Shown: positions 28,723-37,437 of the stretch, piece after piece
How positions within the stretch are numbered: the stretch's first letter is position 1
Layout of the letters: the number at the start of each line of letters is the position of its first letter
Assembly: GCA_964642155.1 (NCBI GenBank)
Contig: CAZXNT010000002.1
Coordinates: 65,801 to 129,800 of the forward strand
Direction of reading: 5' to 3'
DNA from: an uncultured Candidatus Saccharibacteria bacterium
GTDB taxonomy: Bacteria; Patescibacteriota; Minisyncoccia; UBA6257; UBA9933
Length of the DNA: 64,000 bases
Made by a program: the position numbers and the translations under genes
The notes under the pieces: model-generated
Seen by the model: only the letters and a program-made list of their open reading frames with translations
Databases searched by the model: none
What the model was told of the DNA's origin: nothing

Positions 28723-30708
28723 ATGATAAAGAAAACCATAAAAAAATCTGCCCTTGCTAAGACTTCGGCGGACAAGGAGGAAAAAAAGCAGAATGACGGC
28801 GTTTCTTATGCCGCCAAAGATATTTATGTTTTAGAGGGTTTAGAGCCGGTAAGAAAGCGGCCGGGAATGTATATCGGTTCAACTGGAACCGACGGCTTGC
28901 ACCATTTGATTTGGGAAGTCGTGGATAATTCCTTAGATGAGGCAATGGGCGGATATGCGAAAAATATCAGAGTTGAATTGTTGGAAAAAAACAGGATAGC
29001 GGTGCAGGACGATGGCCGTGGCATTCCTGTTGATATTCATTTGCAGACAAAAAAATCGGCTTTAGAAACGGTAATGTGTACTTTGCATGCTGGCGGAAAA
29101 TTCGGAGGCGAATCGTATAAAATATCCGGCGGTTTACACGGCGTCGGCGTTTCTGTGGTCAACGCTTTGTCAAAATGGGTGAGGGTTGAAGTTTGTAAAG
29201 AAGGTGGATTGTACGTTCAAGAATATAAACAAGGTAAGCCGCAATATAATGTTAAAAAAATTGGTAAGTGTGAAAAAAACGGCACGAAAGTTATTTTTGA
29301 AGCAGACGAGGAAATTTTTGAAGAAGGAATTAAATTTGACAGAAAAAAAATTATTGACCATCTTCGTCAGCAGGCGTTTTTAACAAAAGGAGTAAGAATA
29401 GAAATTATTGACAAAAGAGACGCCAAAGCCGCGCCACTTTACCACTCTTTTTATTTTGAAGGTGGATTGCTTTCTTTTATTAATTATCTTAATCGTTTCA
29501 GAAAACCAATACAAAAAGAAAATTTTTATACTCATAAGGATTATGATAATATTGAAGTTGAAGTATCATTTATTTACAATCAAGAAATAGAAACTTCAGA
29601 ATTAAGTTTTGCCAATAATATTTACACTCCTGATGGCGGAATGCATTTAACCGGATTTCGTTCGGCGTTGACCAAGGTTTTAAACGATTACGCCAGAAAT
29701 AATAATTATCTCAAAGAAAAAGACGAAAATTTTACCGGTGATGATGTAAGAGAGGGATTGGCAGCGATTATTTCCGTAAAATTGCCGGAGCCGCAATTTG
29801 AAGGTCAGACTAAGGCAAGGCTTGGAAATCCGCCGGCGCGCACAGCCGTTGAATCGGTTATTGGTGAAACATTAAAAGAATTTTTAGAAAAGAATTCAAT
29901 AGACGGCCGCGCGATTGTTGAAAAGTGCATGCTGGCGCAAAAAGCAAGAAAAGCCGCTAAGGCCGCCAAGGAAATGGTCTTGAGAAAAGGCGCGTTGGAA
30001 GGAATGACTTTGCCGGGTAAATTGGCTGATTGTTCAAGCAGGAAAGCCGAAGAATCGGAATTGTTCATAGTGGAAGGCGACAGCGCCGGAGGCAGCGCGA
30101 AATCGGCGCGCGACCGGAGAACACAGGCGATTTTACCGCTTCGCGGGAAAATTTTAAACGTTGAAAAAAGCCGCATTGACAAAATGCTGGCGAACAATGA
30201 AATTAAATCTTTGGTTATCGCCATGGGAACCTCTATCGCTGATAATCTTGACGTCTCAAAAATCCGTTACCATAAAATTATTATAATGACCGATGCGGAT
30301 GTTGACGGCGCCCACATTAGAACTTTATTATTAACTCTTTTTTACCGTTATTTCCGGCCGATTATTGAAAACGGACATTTGTTTATTGCTCAGCCGCCGT
30401 TGTATAAAATCCAAAAAGGCAAAGATGTTCAATATGCTTATAACGACGCTGAAAAAGAAAAAATCGTGAAAACTTTTGGCGGAGCGTCTGGAATAAACAT
30501 TCAAAGATATAAAGGTCTTGGAGAAATGAATCCCTCTCAATTATGGGAAACAACGATGAATTTTGACAATAGAATTTTGAGATTAGTGACCATTGAAGAT
30601 GCCACTTCAGCCGACAGGTTATTTGATATTTTAATGGGCGAAAACGTTGAGCCGCGCAAGGCTTTTATTTCAAATCAGGCGGCAATGGTGAAAAATCTTG
30701 ACATATAG
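28723..30708 (+). CDS. gyrB: DNA gyrase subunit B
   Basis: GHKL ATPase motifs (GGLHGVGVSVVNALS), Toprim EGDSAGGSAK and the PLRGKILNVEK motif. Confidence 0.9.
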   Translation: MIKKTIKKSALAKTSADKEEKKQNDGVSYAAKDIYVLEGLEPVRKRPGMYIGSTGTDGLHHLIWEVVDNSLDEAMGGYAKNIRVELLEKNRIAVQDDGRGIPVDIHLQTKKSALETVMCTLHAGGKFGGESYKISGGLHGVGVSVVNALSKWVRVEVCKEGGLYVQEYKQGKPQYNVKKIGKCEKNGTKVIFEADEEIFEEGIKFDRKKIIDHLRQQAFLTKGVRIEIIDKRDAKAAPLYHSFYFEGGLLSFINYLNRFRKPIQKENFYTHKDYDNIEVEVSFIYNQEIETSELSFANNIYTPDGGMHLTGFRSALTKVLNDYARNNNYLKEKDENFTGDDVREGLAAIISVKLPEPQFEGQTKARLGNPPARTAVESVIGETLKEFLEKNSIDGRAIVEKCMLAQKARKAAKAAKEMVLRKGALEGMTLPGKLADCSSRKAEESELFIVEGDSAGGSAKSARDRRTQAILPLRGKILNVEKSRIDKMLANNEIKSLVIAMGTSIADNLDVSKIRYHKIIIMTDADVDGAHIRTLLLTLFYRYFRPIIENGHLFIAQPPLYKIQKGKDVQYAYNDAEKEKIVKTFGGASGINIQRYKGLGEMNPSQLWETTMNFDNRILRLVTIEDATSADRLFDILMGENVEPRKAFISNQAAMVKNLDI

Positions 30709-30734
30709 CCGTTTTGTTTATAAAGTTATAAATC

Positions 30735-30920
30735 ATGTTTTCAAAGATTAAATCTTACATTATTGAATCCAAACAGGAATTTAAAAGAGTTAATTGGCCG
30801 ACAAAACAGGAAACCGGCCGGATGACTTTAGTTGTTGTTATTTTATCTCTGGCAACAGCTCTATTTTTAGGCACCTTGGATTTTATATTCAGATATTTAT
30901 TGGGTAAATTTATATTATAA
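30735..30920 (+). CDS. secE: preprotein translocase subunit SecE
   Basis: 61 aa with a single TM. FKRVNWP motif. Located immediately upstream of nusG. Confidence 0.7.
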   Translation: MFSKIKSYIIESKQEFKRVNWPTKQETGRMTLVVVILSLATALFLGTLDFIFRYLLGKFIL

Positions 30921-30927
30921 AAAAAAT

Positions 30928-31509
30928 ATGGCTAATCAAGTTGCGCAAGAAAAATCAAAATCTTCAACAAGAGAAAATAACGGCGAACGTCATTGGTACG
31001 CCGTCCATACTTATTCCGGCTACGAAGACGCGGTGGCGCGTTATTTGAAGCAGAGGATTGATTCTTTGGAAATGAATGATAAGATTTTTAACATTATTGT
31101 TCCGAAAGAAAAAAAGATTAAGATAAAAAACGGCAAAAGAAGAGAGGTGGAAGAAAAAATATACCCGGGATACGTTTTAGTTAATATGGTAATGAGCGAT
31201 GATTCGTGGTATGTTGTGAGAAATACTCCGCGCGTTGCGGGTTTTGTCGGCGCAAACTCCACCGAACCGACTCCGCTTTCCAAAAAAGAAGTTGACGCTT
31301 TGTTGTCGCGAATGGGCGATAATGAGCCTAAATTTAAAGTGGAATTTAATACGGGCGAAACGGTTAAAATCACTGACGGACCGTTTAAAGACAGCGAGGG
31401 CAAAATCAGCGAGGTTGACGAAGAACATGGAAGATTAAAAGTAATGGTTCCGATTTTCGGCAGAGAAACTGCGGTAGAATTGGATTCGTTGCAAGTACAG
31501 AAAATTTAA
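30928..31509 (+). CDS. nusG: transcription termination/antitermination factor NusG
   Basis: NGN domain (HWYAVHTYSGYE) and a C-terminal KOW domain. Confidence 0.85.
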   Translation: MANQVAQEKSKSSTRENNGERHWYAVHTYSGYEDAVARYLKQRIDSLEMNDKIFNIIVPKEKKIKIKNGKRREVEEKIYPGYVLVNMVMSDDSWYVVRNTPRVAGFVGANSTEPTPLSKKEVDALLSRMGDNEPKFKVEFNTGETVKITDGPFKDSEGKISEVDEEHGRLKVMVPIFGRETAVELDSLQVQKI

Positions 31510-31540
31510 TAAATTTTTATTATTAAAATTTATTAAATCT

Positions 31541-31630
31541 TAATTTAGAATTAAGAATGCAGAATTAAGAATTAAATATAAAATTCTTAATTCTTAATTT
31601 GTAATTCTGAATTAGCGAGTGAAACGAGCT
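31541..31630. repeat. family A inverted-repeat element in the rplK leader; its tail supplies an in-frame GTG and ends at the rplK ATG
   Basis: GAATTAAGAATGCAGAATTAAGAATT-AAATATAAA-ATTCTTAATTCTTAATT..AATTCTGAATTAGCGAGTGAAACGAGCT-ATG. The tail matches 15278-15302. Confidence 0.75.
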
Positions 31631-32050
31631 ATGAAGGAAATCAAAACAACATTAAAACTTCAAATTCCGGCGGGCGCGGCCAATCCGGCGCCACCGATTG
31701 GTCCGGCCTTAGGACAGCACGGCATAAATATTGCTCAATTTTGTCAGCAATTTAATGAAGCCACAAAAGAAATGGTTGGCAGTATTATTCCCGCGGAAAT
31801 CACGATTTTTGTTGATAGGACTTTTGAATTTAAACTTAAAACTTCACCGGCTTCGGATTTATTGAGAAAAGCGGCCGGCATTGAAAAAGGCGCGGGCAAT
31901 CCTTTAAAAAATAAGGTTGGCAAAGTGAGTAAGGCGCAAATTCGCGAAATTGCCGAGAAAAAAATGGTTGATTTGAACGCTAATGACGTTGAAGCGGCAA
32001 TGAAAATCATTGAAGGAAGCGCGCGAAGCATGGGAATTGAGATAGTTTAG
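31631..32050 (+). CDS. rplK: 50S ribosomal protein L11
   Basis: [33 protein letters not shown] matches the L11 N-terminus. The track ORF starts at a GTG 12 nt upstream, inside the repeat tail. Confidence 0.9.
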   Translation: MKEIKTTLKLQIPAGAANPAPPIGPALGQHGINIAQFCQQFNEATKEMVGSIIPAEITIFVDRTFEFKLKTSPASDLLRKAAGIEKGAGNPLKNKVGKVSKAQIREIAEKKMVDLNANDVEAAMKIIEGSARSMGIEIV

Positions 32051-32120
32051 TTTTTAAAAGGGGGTGGCGAAAGCCGCCTCTTTTTTTGCGTTTGCGCGTA
32101 AAAATTTATATAATTATGGC

Positions 32121-33548
32121 ATGTATAAACCTACAATTGGTTTGGAAATACATACGGAATTGAAAACGCAAACAAAGATGTTTTGCGGGTGTTTAAATGA
32201 GCCGCATAATGCCGAGCCGAATACGAATGTTTGTCCGATTTGTTTGGCGCATCCTGGGACTTTGCCGGTAGCGAATAAAAAAGCCATTGAAGCGGTTCTG
32301 AAATTGGGCATGGCTTTAAATTCAAAAATTCCTGAAACGTCAAAATTTGACCGCAAAAATTATTTTTATCCGGATTTGCCGAAAGGATATCAGATTTCCC
32401 AATATGACCAACCATTGGTTATGGGAGGTGAACTTAAGGGAGTAAAATTAACGAGAGTGCATTTAGAAGAAGACACGGCGCGACTGCTTCATGAAGGCAA
32501 AAATAGTTTGGTTGACTTTAACCGCGCGGGCGTGCCTTTGATGGAATTGGTGACTGAACCGGATATTAAAACGGGCGAACAGGCCGTGAATTTTGCTAAA
32601 GAGTTGCAAATGATTTTGCGTTATTTGGGAATTTCCGACGCGGATATGGAAAAGGGGCAGATGCGCGTTGAAGCGAACATCAGCGTTTCCAAAAATTCAG
32701 AAATGGGAACGAAAGTGGAAGTTAAAAATCTTAATTCTTTCCGAGCTGTTCAAGACGCGGTTGATTATGAAATAAAAAGGCAGGAAGAAATTTTAGAAAA
32801 AGGAGAAAAAGTGATTCATGAAACGCGCGGTTGGGATGAGAAGAAGGGGATTACCGTAAGTCAGCGTGCCAAAGAAGAAGCGCATGATTATCGTTATTTT
32901 CCGGAGCCGGATTTGCCGATAATGGATATTTCTAAATTTGATTTAGGCGGATTAAGGGCGGAAATTCCGGAGTTGCCTCAACAAAAACGCGAAAGATTTA
33001 TCAAAGAATATGGATTAAAATCGGATCAAATAGAGATTTTTATTCAAGACCATGATTTGGCAAATTATTTTGAAGAATCGGTTTCAGAGTTGGGCGAGGA
33101 ATTGGGTGGCGCAAATAAAAAAGGGGAAGCAATTAATACATTATTTAATTATTTAACTAGTGATATTAAGGGATTGACAAATGAGCTTGAAATTGGTATA
33201 AATTTATTAAATATTGCTCCGGAAAATTTCGCGGATTTAATTGTTTTAATTATTAAAGGCGAGATTTCCAGCCGCATTGCCAAAGATTTAATAAGAGAAA
33301 TGCATAAAAGCGGCGTTGACCCGCGGCAGATTATTAAAGAAAAGGTCTGGAATCAAGTTTTTGACGAAGCGGAAATTGAAAAAATCATCCAGGAAGTGAT
33401 TAATGAAAATCCTTCAGCTGTTGAAGATTATAAAAAAGGTAAACAAAATATCATTCAATTTTTAATCGGTAAAGCAATGGCAAAATTAAAAGGCCGCGGT
33501 AATCCGGAAAAATTAAAAGAGCTATTGGAAATAAAGCTTGTTTCTTAA
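32121..33548 (+). CDS. gatB: Asp-tRNA(Asn)/Glu-tRNA(Gln) amidotransferase subunit B
   Basis: MYKPTIGLEIHTELKTQTKMFCGC N-terminus and a C-terminal YqeY-like domain. The track ORF starts upstream at 32064, which is less likely. Confidence 0.9.
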   Translation: MYKPTIGLEIHTELKTQTKMFCGCLNEPHNAEPNTNVCPICLAHPGTLPVANKKAIEAVLKLGMALNSKIPETSKFDRKNYFYPDLPKGYQISQYDQPLVMGGELKGVKLTRVHLEEDTARLLHEGKNSLVDFNRAGVPLMELVTEPDIKTGEQAVNFAKELQMILRYLGISDADMEKGQMRVEANISVSKNSEMGTKVEVKNLNSFRAVQDAVDYEIKRQEEILEKGEKVIHETRGWDEKKGITVSQRAKEEAHDYRYFPEPDLPIMDISKFDLGGLRAEIPELPQQKRERFIKEYGLKSDQIEIFIQDHDLANYFEESVSELGEELGGANKKGEAINTLFNYLTSDIKGLTNELEIGINLLNIAPENFADLIVLIIKGEISSRIAKDLIREMHKSGVDPRQIIKEKVWNQVFDEAEIEKIIQEVINENPSAVEDYKKGKQNIIQFLIGKAMAKLKGRGNPEKLKELLEIKLVS

Positions 33549-33563
33549 TTTACTATCAATTAT

Positions 33564-34322
33564 TTAAATATCAATATCTTTATTTTCACTCATTTCTTTT
33601 ACGGCGTCTTGAAAAATTTTCATTATATCTGATGAATAGCCGTACTTTGATAAAATTCTTTCCTTTAATTCAGACGTTATTGTTTGAAAAATTTTTCGTT
33701 TTTCGCTTATTAGCCAATCTCCCCTTGATAATCTAATATCCTCAATATTTTCTAAATTTTTAAATTCTTTGATCAAGTATCCTTTTAAAATACTTTTAAT
33801 ATAGTTTTTTAAATATTTTTTTTGTCTGTCGTCCATTTTTTCTTTTAAACGACCAATTTCATTTTGGAGAAATCCCCAAATATTATCTATAGTTTCTTTA
33901 ACCTCTTCGCCTTTCTTTTTTTTCAATTCCTGTTTTGGGATTATTTTTTCCACCTTTATTGAAGGTTTATTAAAAAGACCACTTATGAGACCATCTATTT
34001 CTTCGTCTGTAATTTTATGTCCTTGAGATGGCTCTTCTACCACTTTTTTTGTCTCTCTTTTTTCTTTTTTTTGTTCCACTTGCGGTTTAATTTTCTCTTG
34101 CCAGATTTCTTCTGAACTATCATATTGTTTCTTTTTTTCTTTAAACCATTCTTCGTCAGAAATAGGCTTTTCTTCTAAGGCTTTTCTTTTTTCTATTTCT
34201 TTTCCGCCTTTTTTTGAATTTTCAAGTGATTTTGGACAGTTTGGATGATGAGATGGATAAGGGAAACTGCAAAAAGAGCAGAATGGCTCTTTGATTTCTG
34301 ATGATTGTTTTATATTTTCCAT
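33564..34322 (-). CDS. hypothetical Lys/Glu-rich protein with an N-terminal Cys cluster
   Basis: 252 aa. CSFCSF..HHPNC. Highly charged coiled-coil-like remainder. Confidence 0.35.
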   Translation of the reverse strand: MENIKQSSEIKEPFCSFCSFPYPSHHPNCPKSLENSKKGGKEIEKRKALEEKPISDEEWFKEKKKQYDSSEEIWQEKIKPQVEQKKEKRETKKVVEEPSQGHKITDEEIDGLISGLFNKPSIKVEKIIPKQELKKKKGEEVKETIDNIWGFLQNEIGRLKEKMDDRQKKYLKNYIKSILKGYLIKEFKNLENIEDIRLSRGDWLISEKRKIFQTITSELKERILSKYGYSSDIMKIFQDAVKEMSENKDIDI

Positions 34323-34397
34323 AATATAATTATACCATTTCTATATTTATTTGCAATGGGCGAGAATAGGTAATATTTATCAGCTTTTCACCCCTTT

Positions 34398-35351
34398 TTA
34401 TTTTAAAAATTTACGCGTTAATTTTTGCGCTTCGTCATAATTATCAATCCAATGAATTTCTTCATCTTTTTTTCCGCCCGAGGCGGATCCGCCTTTGGCG
34501 GAAAACCATGTCATTTGGCGCTTGGCGTATTGATAAATTTCTTTTTCCAAACTTTTAATCATCTTATCCTTTGAAATTAAACCGCGCAGATAACGTGAAA
34601 CATAGCGGTATTCAAGTCCCAAATTATCAAGCCGTTGCCATGATAATCCTTGCTTGCCCTGAGCGGAGTCGAAGGGTTTATAGAGATTCTCCACTTCTTT
34701 AATTATTCTATTGAGGCGTTTTATTAACCGTTTTCCAATTAAATATTTTAATTCTTCGGGGGATTTTTTAATGCCTATTTTTAAAAAATCGTAAGACGAT
34801 TTTTTATCCTGAGCCTGTCGAAGGACACCCACGGGTTTTTTAGTTGTTATTATGATTTCTAGCGCTCTGATTAACCGGCGGCGGTTAAAGCGGTCTATGT
34901 TTTTTGCGCGTCGCGGGTCCAGTTTTTTAAGCTGTTCAAAAAGTTCTTCGGTTGATTTTTTCTCCAATTGTTTTCTTAATTTCGGCTGGGGCGGAACATT
35001 TGGGAAATTATAATCATAAATCAAGGCGTCAATATATAATCCGGTGCCGCCGCAAACAATCGGAATTTTGTTACGTTTAATAATATTGGCAAGCGCTTTT
35101 TTGGCGAGTTTTTGGTATTGGGTAACGGTAAAGGTTCTTTTTGGATTGACGACATCTAAAAGATGATGGGGGACACCGCGCATTTCTTTTTTGGTGATTT
35201 TACCGGAACCGATATTTAAGCCCTTATAAACTTGTCGCGAATCCGCGGAAATAATTTCGCCGTTGAATTTTTTGGCGATTTTAACAGCCAATTCTGATTT
35301 GCCGCTTGCGGTCGGCCCAAGAATGACAATAATTTTAGAAAGGATTGACAT
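34398..35351 (-). CDS. miaA: tRNA dimethylallyltransferase
   Basis: P-loop ILGPTASGKSELA. DSRQVYKGLNIGSGK. Confidence 0.85.
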   Translation of the reverse strand: MSILSKIIVILGPTASGKSELAVKIAKKFNGEIISADSRQVYKGLNIGSGKITKKEMRGVPHHLLDVVNPKRTFTVTQYQKLAKKALANIIKRNKIPIVCGGTGLYIDALIYDYNFPNVPPQPKLRKQLEKKSTEELFEQLKKLDPRRAKNIDRFNRRRLIRALEIIITTKKPVGVLRQAQDKKSSYDFLKIGIKKSPEELKYLIGKRLIKRLNRIIKEVENLYKPFDSAQGKQGLSWQRLDNLGLEYRYVSRYLRGLISKDKMIKSLEKEIYQYAKRQMTWFSAKGGSASGGKKDEEIHWIDNYDEAQKLTRKFLK

Positions 35352-35413
35352 ATTCTATAAAAATATATTATTATATTTACAGTATAAAATCAAAATATAA
35401 GGAGGAAAAGATT

Positions 35414-35509
35414 ATGAAGAGGCGGTTTGAAGATAAGATAAAAAAATATCTAATAATAAGTCTATTCCTTTTTACTTTTCTTTATTTACTGGTTTTTATT
35501 AATAATTAA
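35414..35509 (+). CDS. candidate small hydrophobic peptide (31 aa, MKRRFEDKIKKYLIISLFLFTFLYLLVFINN), unannotated sORF
   Basis: Perfect SD AAGGAGG 8 nt upstream and a TTGACA-type promoter at about 35345. Followed by a second 10-codon sORF (35552-35584, SD AAGGAGGTG) and a terminator. Confidence 0.3.
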   Translation: MKRRFEDKIKKYLIISLFLFTFLYLLVFINN

Positions 35510-35607
35510 CAAGATTAAAAAGTTATTTTATAAAAGAAAGGAGGTGATGTTATGAGAGCAATGGTAGCTTTTGTATTTATATAGACTGGAAAGAACGCAG
35601 TGCAGTA

Positions 35608-35642
35608 CCTGCCATGGCAACCCCATGGCAGGTTTTATTTTT
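35608..35642 (+). terminator. rho-independent terminator (CCTGCCATGG-CAACC-CCATGGCAGG plus T-run)
   Basis: 10-bp perfect stem followed by TTTTATTTTT on the plus strand. Confidence 0.6.
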
Positions 35643-35655
35643 AATAGTTAAAAAG

Positions 35656-37404
35656 TTAAATAACTTTATCTTTAATTTCTTTTTTGATTTTTTCAATAAA
35701 GTTTTTTAGATCTGAAATTTCTTGATTGCCGTTGCGGGGGCGAATTGCAACAGTATTTGCAGTTTGTTCTTTTTCGCCAACGACCAAAATATACGGAATT
35801 TTTTGCATTTCCGCTTCACGGATGCGTTTACCGAGTGTTTCATCGCTTGGAGCGAGTTCGGCGTCAATGCCGTTATCTTTTAATTCTTTTAAAATTTTTT
35901 CAGCGTAATCATTTTGTTTTTCGCTTATTGCCAGAATTTTAACTTGAACAGGCGCGAGCCATAATGGCAAAGCACCGCAGGTTTTTTCTATCAGAAAAGC
36001 AAAAAATCTATCAAACGAACCGAAAATAGCGCGGTGAATGACAATCGCCGGTTTTTCTTTTCCGTCTTGAGCAATATAAGAGAGATTGAATTTCGGAGCG
36101 GAATAATAATCAACCTGAATGGTGGCGATAGTGTCTTCTTTGCCGTATAAATCTTTCATTTGGATGTCTATTTTGGGCCCGTAAAACGTCGCTTCGCCGA
36201 TTGCTTCCGTGAATTTGTATCCGAGATTTTTGAGGGATTTTTTGAGAATTGAGGCTCCGGTTTCCCATATTTTGCGGTTTTTCACATCGCCGAATTTTTC
36301 CTTATTCTTGAAATCCGGCAAAGACAAGCGATACCAATAATCTTTTATATTGAAATCGTCAAAAACTTTTTTATGCAAATCCAAAATGGAAATAATTTCT
36401 TTTTCCAAATTTTCCTCTGTGGCGTAAATATGAGCGTCGTTTTGGGTAAAGCCTCTTACTCGAATAAGTCCGGAAAGCACGCCCGAGCGTTCATAGCGGT
36501 AGACAGTCCCGAATTCGGCGATTCTCAAGGGCAGTTCGCGATAGCTTCGTTTGCCATGTTTGTAAATTGAATGATGATGCGGGCAATTCATCGGCCTTAA
36601 ATAATATCTTTCATTGTCAATTGTTATCGGCGCGTACATATCGTCTTTATAATGCGCTAAGTGTCCGGATTTTTTATAAAGTTCTTCTTTGGCGATTTGC
36701 GGAGTGAGAACGTGCAAATAGCCGTTTTCTTTTTCAATTTCGTAAATATAATCTTCCAGTTTTTTGCGGATGGCGTATCCTTTGGGCAACCACAAGGGAA
36801 GTCCCTTGCCGATTTGTTCGTCAATCATAAATAAACCGAGTCTTTCGCCGATATTGCGGTGGTCGCATTTTTCCGCTAATTCCATTTTCTTTAAATATTC
36901 ATCCAATTCTTTTTTAGTTTCAAACGCTATGCCGTAAACGCGGGTGAGCATCTGATTTTTTTCATCGCCGTGCCAGTACGCGCCGGCGATTTTCGTCAGT
37001 TTAAAAGCATCGGGATTAATTTCTTTGGCGGATTTTATATGAGGACCGGCGCAGAGGTCAGTAAAATTATTACCGGTTTTGTAAATTAAAATCGGCTTTT
37101 TTGTTTTTTGAATATCTTTTATAAGTTCCAGTTTGTACGGTTGATTTTTAAATAATTTTTTAGCCGCGACAGGGGAGATAACTTCTTTTTTGAATTGAAG
37201 ATTTTGTTTTATCAATTCGCGGATTTGTTTTTCCAGTTTTGGCAAATCTTCTAAAGATAAGGAAATTCCGTCAAAATCATAATAAAAGCCGTTTTCAATC
37301 GTCGGCCCGATGCCCAGTTTCGCCTTCGGAAATTTTTCCAAAACCGCCATTGCCATTAAATGGGCGAGAGAGTGGCGATTTTTTTCAATATTTTTATTGT
37401 CCAT
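35656..37404 (-). CDS. thrS: threonyl-tRNA synthetase (short form without the N-terminal TGS domain)
   Basis: Class II core (RPMNCPHH, FRYERSGVLSGLIRVRGFTQNDAH) and a C-terminal anticodon-binding domain. Confidence 0.9.
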   Translation of the reverse strand: MDNKNIEKNRHSLAHLMAMAVLEKFPKAKLGIGPTIENGFYYDFDGISLSLEDLPKLEKQIRELIKQNLQFKKEVISPVAAKKLFKNQPYKLELIKDIQKTKKPILIYKTGNNFTDLCAGPHIKSAKEINPDAFKLTKIAGAYWHGDEKNQMLTRVYGIAFETKKELDEYLKKMELAEKCDHRNIGERLGLFMIDEQIGKGLPLWLPKGYAIRKKLEDYIYEIEKENGYLHVLTPQIAKEELYKKSGHLAHYKDDMYAPITIDNERYYLRPMNCPHHHSIYKHGKRSYRELPLRIAEFGTVYRYERSGVLSGLIRVRGFTQNDAHIYATEENLEKEIISILDLHKKVFDDFNIKDYWYRLSLPDFKNKEKFGDVKNRKIWETGASILKKSLKNLGYKFTEAIGEATFYGPKIDIQMKDLYGKEDTIATIQVDYYSAPKFNLSYIAQDGKEKPAIVIHRAIFGSFDRFFAFLIEKTCGALPLWLAPVQVKILAISEKQNDYAEKILKELKDNGIDAELAPSDETLGKRIREAEMQKIPYILVVGEKEQTANTVAIRPRNGNQEISDLKNFIEKIKKEIKDKVI

Positions 37405-37437
37405 AATTAAAATAATAATATCATATCTTTGCTTAAT

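Noticed and set aside
24226-37404. Short ValS (681 aa) and ThrS (582 aa) as pseudogenes
   Set aside because: Catalytic cores and signature motifs are intact and the frames are open. Domain loss is consistent with reduced genomes.
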